The position numbers and the translations under genes were made by a program. From positions 20,956,001 to 21,020,000 of the forward strand of contig OX597837.1 of the NCBI GenBank assembly GCA_951406725.2: a stretch of DNA of 64,000 bases. The letters are read 5' to 3'. The notes beneath the pieces are model-generated. The model saw only the letters and a list, made by a program, of their open reading frames with translations. It ran no database searches and had not been told where the DNA came from. This document shows positions 41,787-54,899 of this stretch, one piece after another (within the stretch, counting starts at the first letter, position 1; each line of letters opens with the position of its first letter). The stretch comes from Octopus vulgaris (Eukaryota).

Positions 41787-42555
41787 TTCGGTATGTGGTA
41801 AAGCAAATCTTTGCTGAACCCTAATTATAATTATGCTCATAATTATAAAATATTAAGTTTACCGAAAAATGGTCCTTTTTCATGCCCAATTCTGCTTGGT
41901 GGAGTTATTAATTACTAGTTAGTTAATTAATTTTACCCTTTATTATGATTGATAATATAATTCTCTCCCTGATAATAAACTACAGTTTTTTTCTGTAGTA
42001 TTTTTACTCGACAACACACGTGGATGGACGAGGGTATGTGAAGAACCTCATTCGTATGTTTTGAATTCGTCGGTACTGGACGGTGAATATGATCTGTCTG
42101 ATACTGTTTTGAATTGGATAGATATGTTCAATTTTTCCATTGCTCTCAAATTTAATATTGTGGAATCCTATGCTGAAAAGGAAAATGTTTGGGTGAAGTA
42201 TGATTTTTACATTCTTCATACCGATCTAATTCCGAAGCGCATCCACAGGTAATCAAATACCAAGTGAATTTCGTTATTTTTCCTCTCTTTCTGCGTGGGT
42301 TATTTCGAGTATTTTGTTTTGTCCGGGAGTCTCTTCTTATAGTAGAAGAAATAGCTAAGGTTATTTGGCTGCTATTTCTAAACTTCGGTATATGGTAAAG
42401 CAAATATTTGCTGAACCCTAATTATAATTATACTCGTAATTATAAAATATTGTTTAAGTTTACCGAAAAATGGTCCTTTTTCATTCCGAATTCTACTTGG
42501 TGGAATTATTAATTACTAGTTAGTTAATTAATTTTACCCTTTATTATTATTGATA
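41785..42555 (+). mobile_element. Diverged member of the same ~600-nt hammerhead repeat family with ~170-nt terminal direct repeats
   Basis: acttcggtat...attgata at 41785 and 42382 (period 597); similar to 17790-17940; inserted in (TA)n. Confidence 0.7.
42167..42249 (+). ncRNA. Degenerate hammerhead motif, same family as 17559
   Basis: cctatg CTGAAAA ggaa..ttcc GAAG cgca TC cacagg; core mutated. Confidence 0.45.
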
Positions 42556-43316
42556 TATATATATACATACACAACGGGCTTCTTTCAGTTTTCGTCTACC
42601 AAATCCACTCACAACGCTTTGATCGGCCCGAGGCTATGGGAGAAAACACTTGCCCAAGGTGCCACGCAGTGGGACTGACACACGGCAGACATGCAGTTGC
42701 CATCAACCAAGTTCCACAAGTAAGGTATTGGTTAACCTACGGCTATGGTGTTGAAGGCATTCATCTAATATAGCAAGTAGTTGGTTACCACCCAGATCTG
42801 TAAGGTTTGCAACATGCAGCTCTTAACTATGCAACCACACTAACACCTGTTTTTTGAATTCAGTCAACCATATCTAATCTCCCTTGTGCCAGCAAGTTGT
42901 GGTAGTTGGTATCGTTTGTGGCAATATTTGACTTTCCAGGGCGGTGAACCGGCAGAATCGTTATTGCGTCGGGAGAAATGTTTAGCGGCATTTTGTCCGT
43001 CTTTTACGTTCCGAGATCGGACTTACCTTTCATCTTTTTGAGATCGTGGGAGCCGATGTAATGGACAAATCTCCTCTCCCAAAATTACTGGGTTTTTTTT
43101 TTATTTTAATCCAATATTTGACTTTTTAATTCTTTTGTTTCATCATTTACATCCATGGTCATAGTTAAGAAATTCACTTTGCAACTTAGTGGTTCTGTGG
43201 TTGACTTCAATACACAGCACATCGAGCAAATGTCTTCAACTACAGCCTTGGGTTAACCAATAACTTGTGAGGGAATCTTAGTCGATAGATACCGAACAGA
43301 CATCCGTGAGTGCGCG

Positions 43317-43386
<70 letters not shown>

Positions 43387-43577
43387 CGTGCGACTGTTAA
43401 TGCTGTCTCATAACTTAGCTGTTGAACAAAGAAAGTACGATAAAAAAAATTACTGAAAAATTAGTGAAGGGTCAGCTTTATTGTCAAAACCGTTTAAATC
43501 CAGAGTCCTAACATAGCTTGTGACTAACGACTAAATCGGTAAAGAATAGAAGAATTTGTTTTAATTTTGTTTAACAG

Positions 43578-43673
43578 GTAGGGACGCTTGAGGCTCATGT
43601 TCGTCGGATCACCACAGAGAAACTAGAAACAGACGAGATATACGAGAGAAATCTGTCTGGGTTCAGCTCAAAG
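43578..43673 (+). CDS. Gene B 96-nt exon copy 1, VGTLEAHVRRITTEKLETDEIYERNLSGFSSK
   Basis: aacag / gtaaga, phase 0/0; resembles the 32-aa CEP63/DEUP1 segment VG.L...Y...L. Confidence 0.85.
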
Positions 43674-43725
43674 GTAAGAAAATTTGATTGACTTCCTTTT
43701 TATATCCATTCCCATCAATCTTTCT

Positions 43726-43905
43726 ACGAGGGGTGCTGAAAAGTTTCTGGTTGCAAGCCCAAACTTCCGAGTTCTTTTACAGAACTTAGGAAAACTGACG
43801 ACCGCTGCAATAAGTGAGAGGGGAATATGTTGGATACAATTGTAATTAACTGATCCTCTTGTATTTTCTTTTACCCAAAGCCAGGAACTTTTCAGCACCC
43901 CTCAT
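43726..43905. mobile_element. Mariner-derived MITE; related copies at 10883-11221
   Basis: TIRs tacgaggggtgctgaaaagtt / aacttttcagcacccctcata with TA ends. Confidence 0.7.
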
Positions 43906-44666
43906 AGATGTCCAATAGCTAAGTAGATAAGCCACAGAGCTTATTTAATGATTTTAAAGCCACTTACCCAATGAGTATTTCTGCCAAATTTGGTGAAAAT
44001 CCGTTCGGCCGTTTTCCAGTAATTTTGCAAACACACAAAGACGAGTGATCATAATACCCAGCTTTCGCCTACGCGCGCAGTGTAATAATGGGCATTACAT
44101 GTTCTTCCTTTATTGGAGCAAATTTGGCTTAATGCTACTTGCATTAGTCATTATAGGCGCATTGTTGACAGGTTTACTTAGTTGGTCTATTGATCAATTG
44201 AGAAAAATTGAAAGACCTAAAAACCTGAATGCCATTTTCATCAGAGTCATTTCTGGTTATAATACTGGAGCTCTCAAATCTAAACAATATTGTTAGCTTC
44301 GTGTGCTTATAGAGTATCTTGCCCACGCTTGCTGATAAGTTGTTTTTGTCTCATTTTGTCTAAAAGTCGTAAGACACCTGTTGTTATCCTGTTTTTAACC
44401 ATTACTGTTTTCAATTTTGTTTTCGTTTCTTGTATTTATATTCGTCTCTGTTGCGTTTACATTCTTTCCTTCGACCAAGAAATCTAATGCCCACAGCTTA
44501 GTTTTTTCCTTGGGGCTGGCCGAGTTGGAGCAAATATCAGAATTAAACAGCCGAAATCTGCCATGATGATTCGGTTTCTGACTGAAGATTGAAGGCTTCG
44601 AATTACTTGTCTGTTTTCCGTGTTCGTCCCTTCGTGTATTTCACGTTCTTTATATATAAATTTTTA

Positions 44667-44714
<48 letters not shown>

Positions 44715-44757
44715 AACATACACACGCACATATATATATACATATATAAACACAAGT

Positions 44758-44827
<70 letters not shown>

Positions 44828-45426
44828 ATATGTGACAATTATTCGGTAGCCATGATAAAACTCCGAGTTTCGGATGCCGAGGTGGAAATCCACGCCGCCA
44901 TCTCTTCAGTTATCCGACCATCGGAAATATGCTTATATTTACAGATAAATTCCTCTATTTACATAATATCGAGGTCTCTTTCTTTCTGCTCAATACCACA
45001 GATTTGCTTGTCAGTTGTTTGACCTTAACCAGTTGAGCATGTCCCTTAGTGGCTGACGATGTGTGCATCTCTGATCATGAGCAGAAGTAGTGGGGCAGCA
45101 TCATAGCCATGTGTTGAAAGGAGTTATTTGGGGTTTGGATAATTCACCTCCGGAAACATGGGTATTTCGTTCAACATCCTTAAACAACCCTTATTCAGGG
45201 ATCTTTTGAGTGGGATGGGTTACTCGACTAGAATAAAATTCTAACTAGGCCCCACCTGCAAGGTCATGTGCTGTTTATCTTGATATAAGATCACCATGTC
45301 GCGCACATTTGGTTGTGATGTATGTGACTGGTGTACCCTTATCAGACGGGTAGTCATGATGGGTATACTGGGCTTTGTATATTTTACCCCAGTGTCACTT
45401 TGATGGCATGCACTGCTCTCTCACTC

Positions 45427-45466
<40 letters not shown>

Positions 45467-45498
45467 TCAAAAAAACCCAGGTTCAAAATTTCCCCCAA

Positions 45499-45544
45499 GA
45501 CACCTGAAGAAGCGTGGGGGGTATTTCAGCCGAAATGTTGCGTT
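45499..45544 (+). ncRNA. Degenerate minimal hammerhead motif
   Basis: gacac CTGAAGA agcg..cagcc GAAA tg TT gcgtt. Confidence 0.4.
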
Positions 45545-45655
45545 AGCAACAAACAAGATGAGGACAAATATCCGTCGAATGTAAATAATGTAAATAATGT
45601 ACATAATTCCTCATCTCTTAAATATAGAAACAATAATTAATTTTAACTTTAACAG

Positions 45656-45751
45656 GTAGCAACACTTCAAAATGAACTAGATCGCCTCACTGAAGCAAAA
45701 CGGTATGAAGAAGAGAAGAATGCGACCAACGTGTCAAATCTGAGGTCAACT
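45656..45751 (+). CDS. Gene B 96-nt exon copy 2, VATLQNELDRLTEAKRYEEEKNATNVSNLRST
   Basis: aacag / gtaagt, phase 0/0. Confidence 0.8.
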
Positions 45752-46538
45752 GTAAGTATATTATGGTTTAATTCTCATCAATCTTTCTAAAAGCCCATTT
45801 ACTGTGAGGGTAGATTACTGGGATGCAGACTACATTTGCATACCCGCAGCCCAAGTGACAACACCTGTTTTCGACTTTTTATTATTTGCCGCATTTCCAG
45901 TTGAAGCGAAGGACTGAACATTAGATTCTAAACTCTCATATTTACTTGTTGCTGGTCTTACAGAACATTACAACCGTCTTCAGATCATAGACTTTACTCT
46001 ATTGACTTTATGGTCGGGATTTTAAATCTGTGCATACCCCTTGTCTTGTACGCACACATAAGATATAAATGTGCTTTCCACGGACTATCATATGATGCAA
46101 AAAAAAAAGGGTATAATAAATAACTTGCAGTCCATTTTGGGGGACTTCACCTTTTCTGTCCCTGTTGTGAGTAAGAATGTTGAAATTGTTGACGCTTCAC
46201 TTATTTTGGTCGTGTGATTCATAGAAGCATTAGCTGCGAGTCTGAAGTCCTAAAAAATACTTGTATGAGCTGGTACAGGTGCATTGTTGTGTCTTATGCT
46301 TTTGTTAGCTTCTATCTAAAACTGATGTTGGTGACGTTGTAACAATTTTGTCCAGTACTCGATCAATATTCAACAAATAAGAGTTGAATTATCTAAATAC
46401 CTGGGTGAAATATGTATGGGGGTAAATCTGATACTCTGAGGTCTTTGAAGGTGATGCAACAGCATTTGCAGCATGGCTGCTGTGCAACGACTAAAACCAA
46501 TAAATTAACATAGAAACTTATTTCAACTGTTTTGACAG

Positions 46539-46634
46539 ATCACGTCACTTCACAAACAAATAGATAGGCTCGCAACTGAGAAAGAGAAAATAGATGAGAT
46601 GAATGTCACACAAATGTCTGACCTCCAGTCAAGA
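46539..46634 (+). CDS. Gene B 96-nt exon copy 3, ITSLHKQIDRLATEKEKIDEMNVTQMSDLQSR
   Basis: tgacag / gtaagt, phase 0/0. Confidence 0.8.
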
Positions 46635-46671
46635 GTAAGTAAATTCGGTAGAATTCTTTTCTTATCTAATA

Positions 46672-46981
46672 CTAGCAGTATCGCCCGGCGTTGCTCGGGT
46701 TTGTAAGGGAAATAACTATATAAGCATTTTTAGAGAGTTACGTCCCTTATATAAACCGAGCAAAAAAGGCATTAAAAAAAACGAAAAAATGATGGTAATT
46801 TTTTTTTTAAATCGTAGACTCATCGTAGACGCGCGCTAATACCCAGAAGGGCTCGATATGAATCACGACTATAAGATACCTGCTTTTGGTTAAACTGCAC
46901 CGCAAAATGTGGGAGTAGTTAGGAATCTAAATCGTAGGAGACAGACTCTCACACACATAACTTCAGTTTTATATATAAAGA
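46672..46981 (-). mobile_element. Non-autonomous Helitron
   Basis: minus strand: 5' TCTTTATATATAAAA, 3' hairpin cccgagcaacgccggg then CTAG, inserted between A and T. Confidence 0.8.
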
Positions 46982-47029
46982 TTACTATCATTGTTTATTG
47001 ATGCTCATTAAATGTGTGGGCTGGTTACT

Positions 47030-47890
47030 GACATTCATGCTGGTGTTCTTCAAAGAGACACTCTGGTTCTATGCCTGTTTATAATATAGCTGGATTATGT
47101 CCACTGACATCAACAAAGATTATAGATTTACACTTGAGAGAGTTAGAAGTAGAAAACAACCTGCAGTGAAAATATCAGATGCTGACTATGGAGATGATCT
47201 TAGTATTTTTGGAAATGATAAAGAACTAGCAAAGGAAATGTTGCACGCATGTATTGAAGACTGCAGCTGCGCAATTAGGACAATATGTCAATGCCAGTAA
47301 GACTGAATGTGATGTAACAGGGGATGTCTGTGCTCTGAATGGCACCAATCTGAGGGTGGTTTGTGACTTTAGTGACCTAGGAATCAAGATTGTCTCAATA
47401 GAAAAGGATGTCCAGGTAAGAGCTGTGAAAGTATGGAATGCCTCAGGCAGATTCAGGATTATATGGAGATCCCACATTCCTGACAACATGAAGAGGGGGT
47501 TTCTTCAAAGCAATTGTTGAATCTCTTTGGCTCTTCAGCATAGAAACCAAACAAGAGACTTGAAAAGAAGCTTGACAGTACATACACAAAATACTCTGTG
47601 CAGTTATTTTTCAATCTGTCTTGGCAGCAACATCCTACATAGCAACAACTGAAGGCAGTCCTCTTACCATCACCTCATTAATCAGAGAAAGAACGCATTA
47701 TGCAAGACACTGCTGGACAAGTAAAGATGAAATATCTTGCAGTCTCCTCTGGAAACCCACGCATGGGTAGTCGAAGAGGAACATACATCAATCAACTTGT
47801 GGAAGACACTGGAAATCAAGTTGAGCATATGAAGACTGCTGCGAAAGATCAAGACATCTGGTGTAGAAGGGTTGCATTGGTCTGAGTGAG
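47030..47890 (+). mobile_element. RTE-like LINE fragment
   Basis: GVLQRDTL..CLFII, ISDADYGDDLSIF; decayed. Confidence 0.65.
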
Positions 47891-48227
47891 ATGCTTCACC
47901 AGATAAACAGAGAAACTGGCGTTGTTTAAGCTGTATTTCTGTTTTATGTCATAACTATTTAATGAGCAATGTTCAGTAAAATATAGAGAGTGAAATAAGT
48001 ACTAGAGTTAAAAGCCACTGGTTTTTAACTGTTTTTTTTAATCTATGGACCCCCTTGATTACTATTTTTTTCTGGTGGACCCCCATAGCCATTAATTTTA
48101 TAGGTACTTCTTTCCTATTCTGTTCATCACACATTCGCTTGTGTAGGTTGAACTATATAAAGCATTTGAGAAAGAAACCTAGCTGTTTCTTGCAATAGAT
48201 ATACCTTAAGCAAAATATTTTGGTCAT

Positions 48228-48440
48228 ATTATGCGGAGAAAATCCCTGGAGAAGGACATCATGCTCGGAATGGTCAGTGGCAGGAGTGGAAGAGGCCGAC
48301 CAAGAACCATCTGGCTTGACACCATCAAGAGTGACACGTGAATGGCCATAGCCAATCTGAAAGAAGCGACCCAGGATAAAACTGACTGGAGGACACTGAT
48401 CCATCGAGTAACCGAGAATCAACTTCGACTGAGCGGATAG
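48228..48440 (+). mobile_element. RTE/BovB-like 3' end
   Basis: SLEKDIMLGMVSGRSGRGRPRTIWLDTIKSDT. Confidence 0.65.
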
Positions 48441-48662
48441 AGAGAGAGAAGCAAAATATTTTCATGAACCTTTAGAATAATACAAAAGTGAGTCCCCAAT
48501 TTACTGTTTTGCTTGTGTTGACCCCAACAAAATCTTATATGGACCACCACGGGTCAAATGGACTCCGGTTGAGAACCACTGGTCCAAACACTTGAATGTA
48601 GTTCTCCAACATAAAAGATCAATAAAAACAATAAAAGCAAGTAATTCAAATTTGTTTGGCAG

Positions 48663-48758
48663 ATAGCAACAATCCAGCTTAAAGTCGATCTGGCCGTTAC
48701 GGAAGAACAGCAAGCAGCAGACAGGTTTAAGGCGCAAGTATCTTTATTCAAGACAAAG
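48663..48758 (+). CDS. Gene B 96-nt exon copy 4, IATIQLKVDLAVTEEQQAADRFKAQVSLFKTK
   Basis: tggcag / gtaagt, phase 0/0. Confidence 0.8.
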
Positions 48759-49209
48759 GTAAGTAAACTTGGCGGAATTCATTTGTTGATTGTATTCCCA
48801 TCAATGTACATTCAAAGTCTGGAAGTCAAGTGAGTAAGTTACTAGGCTCATGATAACATTTACCTGTCCAAAATAACACCCCTTCCCTGTTTTTCGCCTT
48901 AACTCGCTCTCAGGCAAAGGGTAAGGACTAAAATGTTGGATTCCACACTCCTCACACTTAACTAACTTTCTGTGATCTATTAACTATCTCTTTACTCTTT
49001 ACTCTTTAACTTGTTTCAGTCATTTGACAGCGGCCATGCTGGAGCATTGCCTTTAGTCGAGAAAATCGAGCCCAGGACTTACTCTTTGTAAGCCTAGTAC
49101 TTATTCCATCAGTCTCTTTTGCCAAAGCGCTTAGTTACGGGGATGTTAACACACCAGCATCGGTTGTCAAGCAATGTTGGAGGGGACAAATACAGACACA
49201 CAAACATAT

Positions 49210-49280
<71 letters not shown>

Positions 49281-50255
49281 AATATATATATATACGACGG
49301 GCTTCTTTCAATTTCCGTCTACTAAATCCACTCACAAGGCTTTGGTTGGCCCGAGGCTATAGTAGAAGAGACTTGCTCAAGGTGCCACACAGTCAAATGA
49401 CTAAAACAAGTAAAAGAGTAAAAGAGTACAGATATAATTTTTCTGATTTTAAACATAGCGTGTCCATTAGGGATACCACAGTAATTCTACCTCTTTTGCA
49501 ATGTATATGCTTTAAGTATGATACATGGATGACTAGTTTCTGATATTTCATTCTACATTGCATTGATACCCCTTGCTATTAGAAATATAGTGTAGTAGTC
49601 ACTGGACTGATGAAAGCCTATAACCAACAACACTATTGATCACAAAAAACACATTGTTCTACTACATTGGTGAGGGCTGTGCAAGCCATGTACAGGAATT
49701 CTGTCAATAGGGTGAAATTTGGCACTAAGTATAGCAATGAATTTAGTGAAGAAGCAGGAGTTCACCAAGGATCAGTTCTCAGCCCCTTCTTGTTTATCAG
49801 TTCTAGTTCTACTGCCTTTTCAGGATGTATCTGCATTAAATATGATGCATTGATGGCTGTTTTAATCTAATATTATTGCTATTGTGTTGCTTATAATAGA
49901 ATTCATCAGTTCTAGTTCTTTCTGTGAATGTGCATGGCTTAGTGGTTAGGGTATTTGATTCACAATCATAAGGTCATGAGTTCGATTTCCAGTGGCACTT
50001 CCCATTGCTCCAGTTCACTCAATTGGCAAAAAATAAGTAGTACCTGTATTTCAAAGGGCCAGCCTTCTCACACTCTGTGTCATGCTGAATCTCCATTAGA
50101 GGTATGCTAAGGGTACACAGGTCTGTGGAGTGCTCAACCACTTGCACATTAATTTCACGAGCAGGTTGTTCCATTGGTTGAATCAGCTGAAACCCCCAAC
50201 ACTCCCACTTCTTTCTGTTTATTCAAAGAGTTTCTCTTCTACTTAATCCTTTCAG

Positions 50256-50399
50256 TTTAAGCAATTGAACACGATGTATGAGCAACTTCGTCGAACATTC
50301 AAGCAGGAACTAATCCGGACAGAGCAAGGTGTCTCAACTGCTGATATCCGAATGGCAGAAAGGAAACAGCAAATTCTAGATCTTTCAGAAAAGTTAGAG
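50256..50399 (+). CDS. Gene B exon, FKQLNTMYEQLRRTFKQELIRTEQ...ILDLSEKLE
   Basis: tttcag / gtagtg, 144 nt; resembles DEUP1 FSKLTNNFEKLR / CEP63 LCILKRSYEKLQ (recalled). Confidence 0.85.
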
Positions 50400-50717
50400 G
50401 TAGTGACTTCTGTTCTGTCAAGAGAAAACTCATGTCACCCACCTCTCCCTTTCCCTCTCTCCTTCTCTCCACTCTCTCTCCCTCCTTCTCAATCTCTCAC
50501 ATTCTCTCTCTCCCTCATTCCCTCTCTCCTTCTCTCCCTCTCTCCCTCTCCTTCTCTCTCTCCTTCTCTATCTCCTTCCCTCTCCTTCTTTCTTACTCCC
50601 TCTCTCTCCCTCCTCTCTCTTCCCCTCTATCCCTCCTCCCTTCTCTCACATTCTCAGTCTCCCTCTCTTCCTCTCTCTCCCACTATCTCTCCCTCCTTCT
50701 CAAGATATAGAGTGCCA

Positions 50718-50813
<96 letters not shown>

Positions 50814-50814
50814 A

Positions 50815-50873
<59 letters not shown>

Positions 50874-50913
50874 CCGTTATTGTTATTGTTATTGTTATTA
50901 CTTTTACATGTAG

Positions 50914-51018
50914 GTATGCAATGACCGATTGAAAACTGTTCAAAAGAAAGAAGCCGCTCTCAAAAAAGAATTTAAGCTTCTGAAAGCTGAGTGTAAAGAA
51001 TTACAAAAGACACAAAAG
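50914..51018 (+). CDS. Gene B exon, VCNDRLKTVQKKEAALKKEFKLLKAECKELQKTQK
   Basis: tgtag / gtaaac, 105 nt, phase 0/0. Confidence 0.85.
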
Positions 51019-51973
51019 GTAAACATTTGCCTTCTCTGACAATCATCTCTTAACTATTTCCATTTGAATTTGCAGAACTCGTAAACAATTTGCTATTGTT
51101 ATTTTGGATATTTCAAGTTTTCCAATATTATCATTTTATATCTGAGACTGACAGGTAAAGAATTCGTTTCCCAAATACACAGTTCTGGGTTCAGTACCTA
51201 TTTCTTTATTACCCACAAAGGGCTAAACACAGAGGGGACAAACAAGGACAGACATAGGTATTAAGTCGATTACATCGACCCAGTGCGTAACTGGTACTTA
51301 ATTTATCGACCCCGAAAGGATGAAAGGCAAAGTCGACCTCGGCGGAATTTGAACTCACAATGTAACGCAGACGAAATACCGCTAAGCATTTCGCCCGGCG
51401 TGCTAACGTTTCTGCCAGCTCGCCGCCACATGACACCTTGGACAAGTGACTTCTACTATAGCCCCCAGCTGACCAATGCCTTGTAAATAGTATGTGTGTT
51501 TGTGCGTGCGCATGTGTGTGCATGCATGTGTATATGTGTGTGTGTGTGTTGTGTTTGTGTGTTTTTGTGCTTGCGTTTGTCCTCCATCACCGCTTGACGA
51601 CTGGTGTTGGTTTGTTTATGTCCATATAACTTAACAGTTCAGCTATAAAGAGACTGACAGAATTAGAACCAAGCTTCTGAGAGAAGTAAGTACTTTAGAT
51701 GATCCATTTAACTAAAAATTCTTCAAGGTGGTGTCCCAGCATGGCCACAGTATAATGACTTAAACAAGTAAAAGATAAAAAGATAAAATATAATAATGAA
51801 TAAATTTTCAACAGACACAGGTGTGGCTGTGTGGTAAGAAGTGTGCTTTCCAGCCACATGGTCCTGGGTTCAGTCCCACTACGTGGCACCTTGGGCAAGT
51901 GTCTTCTGCTATAGCCTCAGGGTAACCAAAGCCTTGCGAGTGGATTTGGTCGACGGAAAGTGAAAGAAGTCTA

Positions 51974-52010
<37 letters not shown>

Positions 52011-53347
52011 TTTGTCCCCTGGCACTGCTAAGCAACCAGTGTCGGGGTTTATTAGTTCGACTAAAATTATTCTAGGCAGTGCTCCAGTATGGCCACAGTT
52101 TAATGACTGAAACAAGAGAAAAGATAATATCAATTGGTCCTACTTGGGAATCAACCAAGGAGGTCTAAGGAAGGTTGCGTATAATAGGAGCTAATGGAGG
52201 AGATGTCTGGGGAATCAACCCCTACAACTTCTACAGGAATAGTGGGCGGAAAAGATCGATAAAGTAAAGCTACTTTTTCGAGTTATGCTTACTCATAAGG
52301 GCCGGCTTCCCGGTTTCCGTGGTATATATATTTCCCACCTGGATGGGATGCCAATCCATAGCAGGGTTACTCACTTTTGTCAGCTGAGTGGACTGGAGTA
52401 ACATGAAATGAAGTATTTTGCTCAAGAGCACGTGTCGCACGGTCCAGGAATCGAAACCACAATCTTACGATTATGCGTCCAACACCCTAATCACTAAGCC
52501 ACTTGCCTCTACAGATGGATTCAGGAATGGATATAAATAGAATTTGTGGAAAGATAACTGAAATATTCTTTTCTACTGTGCACAAAGCCCGAATTATTTT
52601 ATTTCTTTACTGCCGACAATGGGCTACACACAGAGAGGACAAACAAAAAAAGACAAACGGATTAAGTCGATTATATCGACCCCAGTGCGTAACGTTTCTG
52701 CCAGCTTGCCGCCAGTCCGAATTAAGTAACTGTTGCGTACTGGGGTCGATCTAATTGATTCCCAGTACGCAACTGGTACTTAATTTATCACCCCTGATAG
52801 GATGAAAGGCAAAGTCGATCTCGGCGGAGTTTGAACTCAGAACGTAACGGCGGACGAAATACCTATTTCTTTACTACCCACAAGGGGCTAAACACAGAAC
52901 GGACAAACAAGGACAGACGAACGGATTAAGTCGATTATATCGACCCCAGTGCGTAACTGGTGCTTGTTTAATTGACCCCGAAAGGATGAAAGGCAAAGTC
53001 GACTTCGGCGGAATTTGAACTCAGAACGTAACGGCAAACGAAATAAGCATTTCGCCCGGCGTGCTAACGATTCTGCCAGCTCGCCGCCTTAAGAAAACTA
53101 AAATATTATGAGACAATGGGATACTGTGTTGGACTGAAATATATTGGGAGATAAATGAAATATATTATTTTGTATGATATTTATAGGTGCAGGAATGACT
53201 GCGTGGTAAGAAGTTTGCCTCTCAACTACATGGTTCTGGGTTCAATTCCACTTTGTGGTACCTTGGGCAAATGTCTTCTACTATAGTCTCAGACCAATCA
53301 AAGCCTTGAATGTCGATTTGATAGGCAGAAACTAAAAGAGGCTCGTC

Positions 53348-53398
<51 letters not shown>

Positions 53399-53744
53399 TA
53401 ATCCAAACATGAAAACACCAAGAGAAAACACAACAACGCGAGGACGTGGAATAAATATAGTATTATTGGACGCTCAGGAAAGAAGGGAAGAAGGAGGGTT
53501 AGGGTGAGTTCACGAAAAAAACAAAAGTCGAAGACAGGTGATGTACAAAAGAAACAGATGCATTAGTATAACGCTCAGGAATATATATATCAGTCATTAG
53601 AAAAGTGCTCTCACGTGGCTAAGAGTTATTTTGACTCTTATTTCTAGCAATGCTGGGGCTTACTAGCACTCTCCATCACTTTAGTGACATTTAAATTTGT
53701 TGCCTTTCGGTTCTAAATTGCGAATAGCCACCTCTATTATTTAT

Positions 53745-53962
53745 ATATGTATGTATATTATGTATGTATGCATGTATGTATGTATGTATGTATGTATGTA
53801 TGTATGTATGTATGCATATTATGTATGTATGTATGTATGCATGTATGTATGTATGTATGTGTGTATGTATGTATGTATGCATGCATGCATATATGTATGT
53901 ATGTATATTATGTATGTATGTATGTATGTATGTATGTTTATATGTATGTATGTATGTATGTT

Positions 53963-53994
<32 letters not shown>

Positions 53995-54065
53995 TCTTTG
54001 TATGTATGTATGTATGTATGTATGTATGTATGTATGTATGTATGTATGTGAAATATGTTGTGAAA

Positions 54066-54108
<43 letters not shown>

Positions 54109-54112
54109 ATAG
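53745..54112. repeat. (TATG)n plus (AAAT)n microsatellites
   Basis: direct reading. Confidence 0.95.
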
Positions 54113-54143
54113 ATAAAATTAATATTGTAAAATGGGATTTCAG

Positions 54144-54268
54144 ATTTTGGTAACCACCGAGGAAAAACTTAGGCAACGTATGCAAGAATGTGAGCAAGTA
54201 CAGGACAACGCGGAAATGGAAATTTTGAAGCTTACGCGCGATGAGGAGGATCACGCTGCAAAACTTGA
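54144..54268 (+). CDS. Gene B exon, ILVTTEEKLRQRMQECEQVQDNAEMEILKLTRDEEDHAAKL
   Basis: tttcag / gtaagt, 125 nt, phase 0/2. Confidence 0.85.
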
Positions 54269-54653
54269 GTAAGTGTAAACATTGTTGTACTGATAACTGA
54301 AGCACAAGAAGTGGGGATTTGATAATTTGTGCATGTGCTCATATTCAGCTTTCCGTTAAATAAATCTGATGTTAAATGTTCAAAAATTTTGCTTCTGTTT
54401 GTAATACAGGCAGCCAGCCTAATATCACATCACGATTAATAAAAGAGTTCCACCCACCTCACAATATCGATCCAGTTGGATTTTGAAGTTCTCAATCTTT
54501 CGAAATACCACGAAATATCAAAGACTTGAAAACAGAATATCTGTCGCACTCAATATGGTTTCAGAAACCATTAATTAAACTTTAAACTGATATTTCGTTT
54601 TTGGATTTGGTTTGCAAGATTCTTTATATGAGTGCGTGTGTTGGGGCATATTC

Positions 54654-54880
54654 TGTTGTGTCTGGGGAGAGTCATTTTCTTTTTGTGCCTTATAATGTAA
54701 CATACTCACCGGTAAAATTTCCACTTTTTTCCAATTTTCCAATTTTAATGACTATTGAAAAGGTTACAAGACACAACGAAAATTTTAAGAAAATAAAAAT
54801 AAGAAAAAAGTGGAAATTTTACTGGTGAGTGTGTTACATTATAAGGCACAAAAATAAAATGACTCTCTCCAGACACAACA
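54654..54880. repeat. Inverted repeat with ~77-nt arms
   Basis: tgttgtgtctggggagagtcatttt...ccactttttt vs aaaaaagtgg...aaaatgactctctccagacacaaca. Confidence 0.85.
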
Positions 54881-54899
54881 GTTTAAACTGATAATCTTT

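Noticed and set aside
50265-50924. 219-aa ORF with Ser/Leu/Pro and poly-Val tail
   Set aside because: Exon 50256-50399 plus intronic CT-rich and (GTA)n repeats
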